From positions 66,728 through 130,727 of the forward strand of contig CAZYQO010000002.1 in NCBI GenBank assembly GCA_964649695.1: DNA of 64,000 bases, written 5' to 3'. Below, in pieces: positions 52,582 to 61,913 of this stretch. The stretch is from an uncultured Candidatus Peribacteria bacterium. Lineage in GTDB: Bacteria > Patescibacteriota > Gracilibacteria > Peribacterales > Peribacteraceae. The notes beneath the pieces were generated by a model. The model saw nothing but the letters and a program-made list of their open reading frames with translations, was not told the DNA's origin and did not search any database. Both the position numbers and the translations under genes were made by a program. Numbering within the stretch: position 1 is the first letter of the stretch; each line of letters opens with the position of its first letter.

Positions 52582-53277
52582 ATGCCTTCCGGTGTGAAAG
52601 CGGCGCTGCTGGAACTCCACGACCCCAAAAAGGCCGCGTTCTTCCCGAAGTTCTTTAAGGCAGGGAAAGGGGAATATGCCGAGGGTGATCGTTTCCTTGG
52701 CCTGTCTGTGCCGCAGATGCGCGCGATCGCCAAGCAGCATGTTGGTCTGTCCTTTTTGCATATCGAGCCGCTGCTTGCCGATGCGTATCACGAGGTGCGC
52801 CTCGTGGCGCTGTTCATCCTGACCATGCAGTATGAGCAGGCGGACGAGCGACAGAGGAAAGCGATCGTGGAGTTTTATCTCTCCCATCTCGAGGGAGTGA
52901 ACAACTGGGATCTTGTCGACTGCAGCGCCTACAAGATTCTCGGGGATTGGCTGCTCACACACGATCGCAAGATTCTCGTGCGTTTCGCCAAGAGCGGAGA
53001 GCTGTGGAAACAGCGCATCGCCATCGTGAGCACCTATGCGTTGATCAGGGCAGGGGACTATGCCGATACCCTGGCCATCGCCACGTTGCTCCTGGGGCAT
53101 GACCACGATCTGATCCACAAGGCGGTGGGCTGGATGCTGCGGGAGGTGGGCAAACGGGACAAAAAGACCCTGCTGGGCTTTCTGGAGATGCATGTGCGCC
53201 AGATGCCCCGTACGGCGCTGCGGTATGCCATAGAGCGGTTCCCTGAGGCTGAGCGCCGCCGCTGGTTGGCACGCTAA
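52582..53277 (+). CDS. DNA alkylation repair protein (AlkC/AlkD-like HEAT-repeat glycosylase family)
   Basis: LHDPKKAAFFPKFFKAGKGEYAEGDRFLGLSVPQMRAIAK ... NNWDLVD ... HDLIHKAVGWMLREVGK. Confidence 0.8.
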   Translation: MPSGVKAALLELHDPKKAAFFPKFFKAGKGEYAEGDRFLGLSVPQMRAIAKQHVGLSFLHIEPLLADAYHEVRLVALFILTMQYEQADERQRKAIVEFYLSHLEGVNNWDLVDCSAYKILGDWLLTHDRKILVRFAKSGELWKQRIAIVSTYALIRAGDYADTLAIATLLLGHDHDLIHKAVGWMLREVGKRDKKTLLGFLEMHVRQMPRTALRYAIERFPEAERRRWLAR

Positions 53278-53326
53278 AGAGGTGTTGCACCCCGCCCCGC
53301 CTCTCCGTACCATGTCGTGGCTCTTT

Positions 53327-53403
53327 GCGGACATAGCTCAATTGGCTAGAGCGTCGCCTTGCCAAGGCGAAGGTTGCGGGTTCGAGTCCCGTTGTCCGCT
53401 CCA
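53327..53403 (+). tRNA. tRNA-Gly (anticodon GCC), CCA encoded
   Basis: GCGGACA/TGTCCGC acceptor, anticodon arm TCGCC-TTGCCAA-GGCGA, T-arm GCGGG-TTCGAGT-CCCGT, terminal TCCA. Confidence 0.88.
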
Positions 53404-53600
53404 TTTTCTGAGAGGAACCTACGACGGTTCCTCCCAGTACCCACCTCCCTGCAGAAGAGTTCCTCACCGAAGCAAAGCTCTGGTTCGGAACGGTTCCTTT
53501 TCTGAGAGGAACCTACGATATTTCTTCTCGTAGGCTCGTTTTCCCTGTCCAGGGAGTCGTTGGAGGAGAACAAAGCTCGCTTCATGACGATTCATTAGAA
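53404..53600 (+). repeat. tRNA-trailer element, copy B1 (53404-53491) plus a degenerate tandem copy B2 (from 53498)
   Basis: The 21-nt TTTTCTGAGAGGAACCTACGA is repeated exactly at 53404 and 53498. B1 hairpin GAGAGGAACC-TACGAC-GGTTCCTCCC. B2 hairpins CCTACGA/TCGTAGG and TCCCTG/CAGGGA. Confidence 0.7.
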
Positions 53601-53667
53601 ATTTTCTAGGGCGAAGCTTAGACTCTGCCGGTCATTTATCGTTCTTTCGCAAGGAATATCCGATCGC

Positions 53668-53741
53668 GCGGGATTAGTACAGTGGTAGTACGCTAGCTTC
53701 CCAAGCTAGAGATGCGGGTTCGATTCCCGTATCCCGCTCCA
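53668..53741 (+). tRNA. tRNA-Gly (anticodon CCC), CCA encoded
   Basis: GCGGGAT/ATCCCGC acceptor, anticodon arm CTAGC-TTCCCAA-GCTAG, T-arm GCGGG-TTCGATT-CCCGT, terminal TCCA. Confidence 0.88.
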
Positions 53742-53778
53742 AACTCCCTGCAGGAGGCCGAAGGTCACATACACACTC

Positions 53779-54810
53779 TTGATGTCGTTTGGTTCTTCGG
53801 GGACACTGGCGACGATGCTGTGGGCAATCGGTGACAGACGGCGATGGCTGGTATTGGCGGGGTATCTCTGTGTGTTCGCATGCGGAGCCGCGGTGGTATT
53901 GCTGCTGAGCCGATCGTATACCTGCACCGCCGGTCTTACGTTGCTGAACCCCGATTTGCCATGTTTGGATGAGCGCAAGGCACGATCCGAGTTGGATTAC
54001 GATCCCTTGCGTGCACAGCTGATCCAAACGATCGATCAATACAACAAGTCCGGCACGGTGCCGCATATCGCCCTCTTCTTCCGCGATCTCAAATATGGTC
54101 CGCGCTTTGGCATCCGGGCAAACTGGAATTTTGACCCGGCGAGCCTGCTCAAATTGCCCATCTTAATGGTGATCCTGCATGAGGCGGAGCATCACCCGGC
54201 GCTGCTGGATGAGAAACTCACCTATGAAAAGGATTACGGCAAGGACTATGTGTTGGGCGAGCCCGATTCGACCATCACGCTTCATGCGTCCTACTCCATA
54301 CGGGATCTGCTGCAGAAAATGGTGGAGTTTTCGGACAACAGATCCACCTACATGCTCCTCGACAAGATCAATGAGCTTGGCCTGCGTGAGAATTCCAACA
54401 CCTTCTCGGATCTTGGCACCATGCAGCTTTTGGTCAGCGGCCAGCTCGACAATGTGCGGCTGATCTCCCTCGTGAACATCTTTGTCGCGCTCTATAACGG
54501 CAACTATCTCTCGCGCGAGTCATCGCAGTTTGCGCTGGATCTGCTGGCGCACACTACCTTCAACGATGGGCTTGTTGCCGGGGTGCCCAAGGGCACCGCT
54601 GTTGCGCACAAGTTCGGCATCCGGCAGGGTGCGACGGCGAAGGAGGGGGAGCTGCATGACTGCGGCATCGTCTATCATCCTTCACACCCATATGTGCTGT
54701 GCATTCTGACGGCAGGGGCTGATGCGGATGCCGCATCTGCCGCCATCGGCAATCTGTCGAAGATGGTGTACGACAATGTCGATGCACTGCGGCCGGGGTC
54801 GGGACAGTAA
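53779..54810 (+). CDS. Class A beta-lactamase-related serine hydrolase, membrane anchored
   Basis: S-x-x-K (PASLLKLP), S-D-N (EFSDNRS) and K-[TF]-G-like (HKFGIRQG) motifs in canonical order. N-terminal TM. Confidence 0.65.
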   Translation: MMSFGSSGTLATMLWAIGDRRRWLVLAGYLCVFACGAAVVLLLSRSYTCTAGLTLLNPDLPCLDERKARSELDYDPLRAQLIQTIDQYNKSGTVPHIALFFRDLKYGPRFGIRANWNFDPASLLKLPILMVILHEAEHHPALLDEKLTYEKDYGKDYVLGEPDSTITLHASYSIRDLLQKMVEFSDNRSTYMLLDKINELGLRENSNTFSDLGTMQLLVSGQLDNVRLISLVNIFVALYNGNYLSRESSQFALDLLAHTTFNDGLVAGVPKGTAVAHKFGIRQGATAKEGELHDCGIVYHPSHPYVLCILTAGADADAASAAIGNLSKMVYDNVDALRPGSGQ

Positions 54811-54829
54811 AGCTATGCCTCGGCGCTTC

Positions 54830-56284
54830 TTACTGATGGTGAATCTCATCTCTGCCGCCGTTTTGCTTGAAGTTGTCGATATGGATCGCAACGGTGGTTC
54901 CTACTCCTTCTTCTGAGGAAAGCGTCAGTCTGCCGCCCAAGAGCTTGGTGAGGAGCTGTACCAGATACAGCCCCAGCCCCGTGCCGGCGGTATGGACGAT
55001 CATGGCATTTTTGCCGCGATAGAACTTGGTGAAGAGATGCTCCTGTTCTTCTGCAGAGATGCCAATGCCCGTATCGTGAATGGTGAATACAGTCTCTTCG
55101 CTTGTCGATGAGACGTGGACGTCGATGCTTCCGTGGTTTGGAGTGTAGAGAATCGCATTGAGTAAGATTTGCGAAAGGATCTCGTGCAGGAGGCTTGCAT
55201 CGGTGAACGGGGCGAATTGTGCTGTGCATCCCCAGGTCATCTGTAGGTTTTTCTTCAGGGCTTCTGGTTCATATTCAGATTTGAGCGTATTGAGCAGAGC
55301 ACAGGTGTTCACTTCGGTCACGGCGACGCTGTTTTTGCCGGCCTCCAGGCTGGCGACGTGCATCATGGTCTCAATGGAGCTGCCCATTTGTCCTGCGGCA
55401 TTTTTGGCCTCTAGCAGGAGTTGCTGACGTTGCTCATGGGGCAGATCTTTTGCGCTGTCTGCGGTGAGCGTTTCCAGCGTCCAGCGCATAGCGGTGATCG
55501 AGGTGCGGAGCTGATGCGAGGCCACCGCCAGGAAGCGTGATTTCGAATCTTCCACCTCTTGCAGCACCTCCATGCGGCGGCGATACAGGAAGACCTCCAC
55601 ATACAGTGCGCACAGCGCACCAATCGCCAGTACGACAAGCAGCGCCGCGGGCGAAAATACCGATCGGGATTGCTCGTAAAATGTGTCGGCACGTATGTCC
55701 AAACCGATGATGGCTACCGTTTCGTTGTTGCTGTTTTGTATTGGTGCATACCCCGAGATGAATGATCCCCATTGATCCTGGGTGACAGACGCATCGACCG
55801 AGGGGTGCTCGAACGCTTGCCATATGGCGGGCATGGCCGAGGCGTCGTAGATGTCACCGAGCGTCGAAGCCTCTTCGGTGTCGTCGACGGTGCCGTTTTT
55901 GTCGAGATCCAACTCCTTTTTTGTCGCAAGAGAATCGGCATCGGCCACGAAGAGCAGCGTGCGTTTTGATTCTCGATTTTTGCGCAGGATATAGGCAAAA
56001 CGTATACGGGGGTCCGCATTGCGAATGTTCTGCAAACGTTCGACCACTTCGCGGAAGAGCGGGGTTTTTGTCTGGTTGGGGTTCTGCAGCACCGTGAGCG
56101 CATCTCCTGAAAATTGCATTGCTGCAACCGTCGCGAGGCTCGTGATATGGTCTTTGATCTGATCCTCGGTGATCTGTCCGCTGCGCTGGTACAGCAAAAT
56201 GCTTGTCGCACTGGTGACCGTCAGCACGAGAACGGCAGGAAGTGCGAACTTCAGTGCGCGCCAAAACTGATTGGAAGACACCAT
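54830..56284 (-). CDS. Sensor histidine kinase with extracytoplasmic (Cache-like) sensor domain
   Basis: H-box SRFLAVASHQLRTSITAM; N, G1 and G2 boxes (ILLNAILYTP, IHDTGIGIS, GTGLGLYL). Two TMs flank a ~230-aa periplasmic region. Start at ATG 56284. Confidence 0.8.
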   Translation of the reverse strand: MVSSNQFWRALKFALPAVLVLTVTSATSILLYQRSGQITEDQIKDHITSLATVAAMQFSGDALTVLQNPNQTKTPLFREVVERLQNIRNADPRIRFAYILRKNRESKRTLLFVADADSLATKKELDLDKNGTVDDTEEASTLGDIYDASAMPAIWQAFEHPSVDASVTQDQWGSFISGYAPIQNSNNETVAIIGLDIRADTFYEQSRSVFSPAALLVVLAIGALCALYVEVFLYRRRMEVLQEVEDSKSRFLAVASHQLRTSITAMRWTLETLTADSAKDLPHEQRQQLLLEAKNAAGQMGSSIETMMHVASLEAGKNSVAVTEVNTCALLNTLKSEYEPEALKKNLQMTWGCTAQFAPFTDASLLHEILSQILLNAILYTPNHGSIDVHVSSTSEETVFTIHDTGIGISAEEQEHLFTKFYRGKNAMIVHTAGTGLGLYLVQLLTKLLGGRLTLSSEEGVGTTVAIHIDNFKQNGGRDEIHHQ

Positions 56285-56337
56285 GGGTATTCCTACTATT
56301 GTAGCAAAAAGTACGTTTTCTGACGAGATGATTCCTG

Positions 56338-56760
56338 TTACGGCGTCATCGTCCCGTCGGCATTGCGTTGCCAAAACGGGTTGTGTGCCACTTCCCAAAG
56401 GTGGCCGTCGGGGTCTTTGAAATAGCCGCTGTAGCCGCCCCAAAACACCTTCTGCGCTGGTTTCACAACGGTGCCTCCTGCTGCCTGGGCTTCGCGAAGC
56501 AATGCATCTACTTCAGTTTCAGTGTCTACATTGTGAGCCAGGGTGATGCCTGAAAAGCCGCTGCCGGTCTCGGGCACAGTGGCGTCTTCGGCCAGCAGGT
56601 GGCGCGGGTAGAGGGAAAGAATGATGTTGTTCAGCTTGAAGAAGGCGGTTGTGTCGCCGGCAAGCACAGGGGGAGGGAACTTCAGGCCATCTCGGTAAAA
56701 GCGCACGGAGCGATCGAAGTCGATGACGCCGAGGGTGACGACGGTAAGAGAGGGGTGCAT
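56338..56760 (-). CDS. VOC family protein (glyoxalase/bleomycin resistance fold)
   Basis: 140 aa. LTVVTLGVIDFDRSVRFYRDGLKF ... GYFKDPDGHLWEV. Confidence 0.8.
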   Translation of the reverse strand: MHPSLTVVTLGVIDFDRSVRFYRDGLKFPPPVLAGDTTAFFKLNNIILSLYPRHLLAEDATVPETGSGFSGITLAHNVDTETEVDALLREAQAAGGTVVKPAQKVFWGGYSGYFKDPDGHLWEVAHNPFWQRNADGTMTP

Positions 56761-57013
56761 ACGGGCAGCCTAACGCATCTGCGGTTTACAACCCATAACC
56801 CCCGTCGTAGGATCCCGCTCCACCCAACCACATAAATTCTCCGGACTCTTGGGTGAGTCGGAGCGTGATCTCCTGGTTGGCTGGATCCTCCTGTGCAGCG
56901 GCATTGCCGCACCTATCCAAAGCACAGGAGGCTTTTTGTGGCCAAATGGAGAGGTTTATGTCACCCGATGCCACTCGCCAAAACGGCGATTTTCCGCTAT
57001 ACTGAAGGGATTT

Positions 57014-57436
57014 ATGAAACACCTTTCTTTTGTTGCCTATCGTGCATTGTGGACGTTGCTCGCAGTCTTCTTGTCTGTCGGTCATGCCGCATTGGCCTGG
57101 GCTGCAGAGGGCGAAGGCACGAATCCGGGTGGCGGTGGCGGCACCAGTCATACACTGAGGCTGTTTTCCAAGTTCTGCGGGGGCACGGTCAACGGTTCCG
57201 GCATCCAACTGTTCATCAACTACTTCAACTGCATGTGGCCATGGTTGCTGTCGATTGCAGGCGGTATGGCGGTGCTGAATGGAGTGATCGGCGGCACCAT
57301 GATGATGATGTCGGGCGGTGACAGCGGCCTGCAGTCGCAGGGCAAGCAGAAGCTGATGTATTCGATCGTGGGTCTGCTCATCGTCATGCTCTCGGGCACG
57401 ATCCTGCGCACCCTCAACGCCGACTTCTTCAAATGA
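57014..57436 (+). CDS. TrbC/VirB2-like T4SS pilin family protein 1
   Basis: Signal peptide (MKHLSFVAYRALWTLLAVFLSVGHAALAWA), then TM - MMMMSGGDSGLQSQGKQKLMYSIVGLLIV - TM. Confidence 0.55.
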   Translation: MKHLSFVAYRALWTLLAVFLSVGHAALAWAAEGEGTNPGGGGGTSHTLRLFSKFCGGTVNGSGIQLFINYFNCMWPWLLSIAGGMAVLNGVIGGTMMMMSGGDSGLQSQGKQKLMYSIVGLLIVMLSGTILRTLNADFFK

Positions 57437-58026
57437 TCGCCGATTTTCTCTCACTGGCGCTTCAGGCAATCACTACGTTCGCGGCCGAACCGCCCGATGT
57501 GCCGTGTCCCGACAACCTCGATTGCAACGGCGGAGGCACCAACGTGCTGATGAGCGTGGCAGAGGCGATTGCGTTGTTTGCGCTGCGCCTTTCCGTCGGT
57601 CTGTCGCTGGTCTTTGTCCTGTACGGAGCCCTGCTCATGGTGATCAGCCAGGGCGATGAAGGGCAGATCGGCAAGGGCAAGAGCCACATCCAATATGCCA
57701 TTGTGGGTCTGGCCGTCGCGCTGATGGCTCAGAACATCTACTCGTTCGTGTATGACGTGGTGCAGAACGTGAACCCCAACGATGCGATCTTCGGCGGGAT
57801 TCTGCCCGGCGTCGCCAGTGCCATTGTGACGGTCTTCAACCCGCTGTTTTTCATCTCCATCATTGTTGCGGGCATCCGTATGGTGCTCGACCGCGGCAAG
57901 GATCAGGAGTTCGGCAAGGCCAAGACCGCACTGTTATGGTCGTGTGCCGGTGCCGTGGTGATCAACGTTGCCTACAGCCTCATCAAGGCTGTCATGGGTA
58001 TTCTTTCCGGTGCCAACGGCCTCTGA
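57433..58026 (+). CDS. TrbC/VirB2-like T4SS pilin family protein 2 (with extra C-terminal TM pair)
   Basis: ATGA overlap with the preceding gene. Cys-containing mature N-terminus, then TM - VISQGDEGQIGKGKSHIQYAIVGLAV - TM. Confidence 0.55.
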   Translation: MIADFLSLALQAITTFAAEPPDVPCPDNLDCNGGGTNVLMSVAEAIALFALRLSVGLSLVFVLYGALLMVISQGDEGQIGKGKSHIQYAIVGLAVALMAQNIYSFVYDVVQNVNPNDAIFGGILPGVASAIVTVFNPLFFISIIVAGIRMVLDRGKDQEFGKAKTALLWSCAGAVVINVAYSLIKAVMGILSGANGL

Positions 58027-58027
58027 T

Positions 58028-58387
58028 ATGCAGATGCTTTCCGCCCTCTTCGGCCTCCTTACCACTGCGGCGCATGCCGCCAGCACGCTTGATTACGGCG
58101 GCATGTACGATCGTATCTGTACCACCCTGCCGTTCTGTGACCGCCAGGAACATTTCTTCGCGCAGATCGGCATGGCGGCCATCAATGTGATCCTGCCCAT
58201 CACCGGGTTTGCCGCCGTCGGCAGCCTTGGTGTGGCCGCGGTGAAGATCGTGAGCGGCGGAGAGGAGGGGTTCAGCACGGGGAAGAAGATCATCATGACC
58301 ACGATGCTCGGTGTCTTTTTGGCGCTCGGCGCCTACGGCATCATGGTGTATTTGAACAATCAGGTCGTCTCCGACGCCACGCACTGA
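58028..58387 (+). CDS. TrbC/VirB2-like T4SS pilin family protein 3
   Basis: Signal peptide MQMLSALFGLLTTAAHAAS, two Cys, then TM - KIVSGGEEGFSTGKKIIMTTMLGVFL - TM. Start at ATG 58028. Confidence 0.55.
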   Translation: MQMLSALFGLLTTAAHAASTLDYGGMYDRICTTLPFCDRQEHFFAQIGMAAINVILPITGFAAVGSLGVAAVKIVSGGEEGFSTGKKIIMTTMLGVFLALGAYGIMVYLNNQVVSDATH

Positions 58388-58424
58388 AAATGCGCACAGA
58401 GAGGGAGACCTGCGTGTTTTGACG

Positions 58425-58433
58425 TGGTATTGT
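58425..58433 (+). promoter_or_regulatory. Extended -10 element TGGTATTGT, leaderless geometry for metG
   Basis: TGGTATTGT is followed by 7 nt (cgttgcg) and then ATG 58441. Confidence 0.4.
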
Positions 58434-58440
58434 CGTTGCG

Positions 58441-59961
58441 ATGACGCAGCGACACTACATCACCACAGCCATCGACTATCCCAATGCGGCGCCCCACATG
58501 GGACATGTGCTGGAAAAGGTGCTGGCTGACGTGGTCGCGCGTTGGCACCGCCTGCAGGGGCACGAGGTGCGTTTGCAGATTGGTACCGATGAACACGGCA
58601 CGAAGATCGCGCAGACCGCCAAGAAAGAGGGGATGACCCCCAAGGAGCTGGTGGATCGAAATGTGCCGAAGTTCGAGGAGATCTACACGAAACTAGGTAT
58701 TTCGTACGACAACTTTGTCCGTACGACCGACCAGAACAAACACTGGCCGACCGTGCAGGCACTGTGGAAGAAGCTTGCCGATGCGGGTGCGCTGGAGCAG
58801 CGCAGCTACACGGGGCTCTACTGCAGCGGATGCGAGCGCTTTGTCACCAAGAAGGATCTTGTCGAAGGCAATTGCCCCGATCACGGCATCCCCCCGCAGG
58901 AGGTGACCGAGACAAACTGGTTCTTCAGGCTCAAGGGCCGGGAAGAGCAGCTGAAAGCGCTGCTGTCTTCGACCTACAGGATCATCCCGGAAAATCGCGC
59001 CCCGGAGACGCTGCAATTGCTCGGCGGCGGCCTTGAGGATGTGTCGTTCTCCCGCCCCCGAACCACGCTTGACTGGGGTGTGCCCGTGCCCGGCGATGAT
59101 GCACAGGTGATGTATGTGTGGTGTGACGCGTTGACCAACTACATTTCGGGTATCGGGCTGCTTACCGAGCAGGCGGACGGCAAGTGGTGGGACGATGCGA
59201 CGGTGACCCATGTGATCGGCAAGGACATCGCGCGTTTCCATGCGCTCATCTGGCCGGCGATGCTGCAGTATGCGGGTATCCGCACGCCTGACCGGCTGCT
59301 GATTCACGGCTTTGTGACCAGTGAAGGACAGAAAATGAGCAAAAGCCTGGGCAATGTGGTCGATCCCCAGGAGGTGATCGCGAAGTATCCCGTCGATGTG
59401 CTGCGGTTCTACCTGTCGCATGAGATTCCCGTGGGCAACGACGGAGATTTCAACTGGAAGCACTTCCATGAATTCTATGTCGGCGTGATGAGCAACAAGA
59501 TCGGCAACCTCCTCAACCGTGTGGTGGTGCTGCTCAACAAGGACGGTGGCTCCGTTGTGTTGCCCAATCACCAGGAGATGCAGGCAACCGTGTCCGATCT
59601 GTGGAAGAAGTACGACGCGGAGATGGAGGCATTTGATCTCTCTGCCGCGGCAGCCGATGCCGTTTCTTTGGCGGCCATGGGCAATCTGCAGATGGAAAAA
59701 GACAAACCGTGGACGCTGACCGGGGAAGGGAAGACGACAGTCCTCTCCATCATTGCCGAGATGCTGCGACATACATCGTTGATGTTGTTGCCGTTTGCCC
59801 CGGAGACCGCCCAGAAGATCGCACGCCAGCTTGCCGTGCCCTATGCGGAGCAGATGCTGGAGAAGGGGTTTACGATCAGTGCACAGCTCAAGACCTGGGG
59901 CGGCTGTTTTGAGTGGAAGAAGGTGGGGGAATCGCAGATTTTGTTTCCCAGAGTGGATTGA
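58441..59961 (+). CDS. metG: Methionyl-tRNA synthetase (short form, no C-terminal tRNA-binding domain)
   Basis: [21 protein letters not shown] (HIGH-type) and [12 protein letters not shown]. Confidence 0.92.
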   Translation: MTQRHYITTAIDYPNAAPHMGHVLEKVLADVVARWHRLQGHEVRLQIGTDEHGTKIAQTAKKEGMTPKELVDRNVPKFEEIYTKLGISYDNFVRTTDQNKHWPTVQALWKKLADAGALEQRSYTGLYCSGCERFVTKKDLVEGNCPDHGIPPQEVTETNWFFRLKGREEQLKALLSSTYRIIPENRAPETLQLLGGGLEDVSFSRPRTTLDWGVPVPGDDAQVMYVWCDALTNYISGIGLLTEQADGKWWDDATVTHVIGKDIARFHALIWPAMLQYAGIRTPDRLLIHGFVTSEGQKMSKSLGNVVDPQEVIAKYPVDVLRFYLSHEIPVGNDGDFNWKHFHEFYVGVMSNKIGNLLNRVVVLLNKDGGSVVLPNHQEMQATVSDLWKKYDAEMEAFDLSAAAADAVSLAAMGNLQMEKDKPWTLTGEGKTTVLSIIAEMLRHTSLMLLPFAPETAQKIARQLAVPYAEQMLEKGFTISAQLKTWGGCFEWKKVGESQILFPRVD

Positions 59962-60033
59962 CCGAATATTGACGTATTGGTAAAATTGTTTTCCGCTTTT
60001 TTCGTCCTTTTCCTCAACGTCCGGAGAACAAAC

Positions 60034-60324
60034 ATGCGATTGTCCAAGAAGGCCTGGAGATATCTGGAAATGGTCGTGATCGCCATCGCGCTGATCATGA
60101 CGCTGCTCACGATACAAAAGGCAAACAGTCTGGAGACTTCCTTTGGCCAGCACCCGCGTGCTCCCCTGATCATTGCCCTGATGGGGATCGGCATCGTGTT
60201 TGCCGCGCTCGAAGCGCTCATGGGGCAGATGCCCTGCATGAAGGAACGGTTGCTGCTGCGCCTGGCGCTCGACTGCGCATGGATGATGAGCATTGTCGTC
60301 GCGTTCGTCATGCTCGTCGTCTGA
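60034..60324 (+). CDS. Small membrane protein (3 TM)
   Basis: ORF with three hydrophobic helices. Start at ATG 60034 (MRLSKKAW) or the upstream 59977. Confidence 0.4.
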   Translation: MRLSKKAWRYLEMVVIAIALIMTLLTIQKANSLETSFGQHPRAPLIIALMGIGIVFAALEALMGQMPCMKERLLLRLALDCAWMMSIVVAFVMLVV

Positions 60325-60518
60325 TCCGATGTTGATGGATCGGCAGCAAAGCGGATAGGCCTGGCCTTGTGCCAGGTCTTTCCTTGTGGAGAAGCGGCTT
60401 CCCGTTTGGGCTGCATTGGAGTATGCTGAAGGCACTTCGGAGTTAGACCGAGCACGTGAAGGGTGATGAACCATGAGCGAGCGAGGCCGGCCGATGATTA
60501 CTCTCTACCCTTTCTGTT

Positions 60519-60857
60519 ATGTTTGATCCTATGTCCGAGCTGACCGGCGGCGCCTCGCACGGCGATGACTTCGGTTCCTCACCCGCACCCGCTCCCCGCG
60601 CCCACCATGGCGGCGGCGGATTCCGTGGGGGCAACGCTGGCGGCGGCAACCGTTCGTTTGCCAACGATCTGCACAGCGTGACGATCCACGCCAAGCAGCG
60701 CACCTTCTATGTCGATCTCAAGGAGAGCGGCAACGGGAAGTTCTTCAAGATCTCCGAGAAGAGCCGTGGCGGCCAGAAGACGACGATCATGTTCGATGCC
60801 GAAGACCTCGACCCGATCATTGCGGCGCTGCAGGAGATGAAGACGAAGTTGGCCTGA
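60519..60857 (+). CDS. Bacterial Pur-alpha-like (DUF3276/PUR repeat) nucleic-acid-binding protein with Gly-rich N-terminus
   Basis: IHAKQRTFYVDLKESGNGKFFKISEKSRGGQKTTIMFDAEDLDPIIAALQEM matches the PUR-repeat pattern. Confidence 0.6.
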   Translation: MFDPMSELTGGASHGDDFGSSPAPAPRAHHGGGGFRGGNAGGGNRSFANDLHSVTIHAKQRTFYVDLKESGNGKFFKISEKSRGGQKTTIMFDAEDLDPIIAALQEMKTKLA

Positions 60858-60911
60858 TCTGAAGATGCAGAAGAACCAGGGGATTCAGAGGACACTCTGG
60901 ATCCTCTTTTC

Positions 60912-61781
60912 TTATGTTTTTTGAATACCCCGCAGCCAATCTTGCGCCGCCATGGGCTTTTTGCCCGCTTCCACCACCTCGGTCACATAGAGGGTGGTGT
61001 CGCCGTTGCAGTGTAAGGGAATGGCTTTGGGATTCTCCGTAAGTGAAGCCGCCAGGATTTTCACCGTTCTGCCTTCGATATCGGTCTGTACGCCCGGCCA
61101 CGGGAAATACGCACGCAGTCTGCGGTCGATCTCTTCCGCGGTAAGAAGCGAGGGATCCACGATGCCGTCTTCGCGGGAGATCTTGCCGCACACGGTGATA
61201 CCCTCTGCGGGCTGCGGGCGGGGGCTTAGGGGCATCGAAAGGGTCTCGACAAGGAGATCGGCACCCATGCGTGCCAGGCGCTCGCGCAGGCTCATTGCCG
61301 TGTCATGGGCGTTGATCGGGGTTTGCGCCATGCTCAGGATGTCACCGGCATCCAATTCCTCGGCCATGATCTGTACCGTCACGCCGGTGGCGTTGTCGCC
61401 ATGCAGAATGGCGTGTTCAACGGGCGAGGCGCCGCGCCAGCGGGGGAGCAGCGAGCCATGGAGGTTGATGGGGGCGATCTTCGGGAAGGCCAGGATCTCG
61501 GGCTTCAGAATTTTTCCGTAGGCGACAACCACCAGGAAGTCCGGCCGCTCGCCAAGGTCGGCGATGGCGTTGTTGATGTTTTCGGGTTGCAACACGGGGA
61601 TGCCCAATTCCTCTGCCGCGATCTTCACGGCAGGCGCCATCATCTCCTGTTTGCGGCCTACGGGGCGATCGGGTTGGGTGACGACAGCCTTTACCTCAAA
61701 CAGCGGGCTGCCGTGCAGCGCCCGAAGCGACAGGACGGCGAACGAAGGGGTGCCGCAGAAGAGGACGGAGTGCTTGGACAT
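60912..61781 (-). CDS. fmt: Methionyl-tRNA formyltransferase
   Basis: VLFCGTPSFAV, INLHGSLLPRWRGASPVEHAIL and a C-terminal formyl-transferase domain. Start at ATG 61781. Confidence 0.88.
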   Translation of the reverse strand: MSKHSVLFCGTPSFAVLSLRALHGSPLFEVKAVVTQPDRPVGRKQEMMAPAVKIAAEELGIPVLQPENINNAIADLGERPDFLVVVAYGKILKPEILAFPKIAPINLHGSLLPRWRGASPVEHAILHGDNATGVTVQIMAEELDAGDILSMAQTPINAHDTAMSLRERLARMGADLLVETLSMPLSPRPQPAEGITVCGKISREDGIVDPSLLTAEEIDRRLRAYFPWPGVQTDIEGRTVKILAASLTENPKAIPLHCNGDTTLYVTEVVEAGKKPMAAQDWLRGIQKT

Positions 61782-61913
61782 GACCTGCAGTCTACCGAAA
61801 AACGGCATTGTCTTCCTGCGAAACCCGCCAACACTCACTACACGAAAAATGTGGAACATCGACAACCCCATTGCATTTGTCGCCTTGGAACACAGCGGTA
61901 GCATTCGCCCCTT

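Noticed and set aside
58693-60474. 593-aa minus-strand ORF
   Set aside because: Antisense to metG and the downstream small membrane gene, with low-complexity Arg/His/Gln-rich translation. metG on the plus strand has HIGH and KMSKS motifs.
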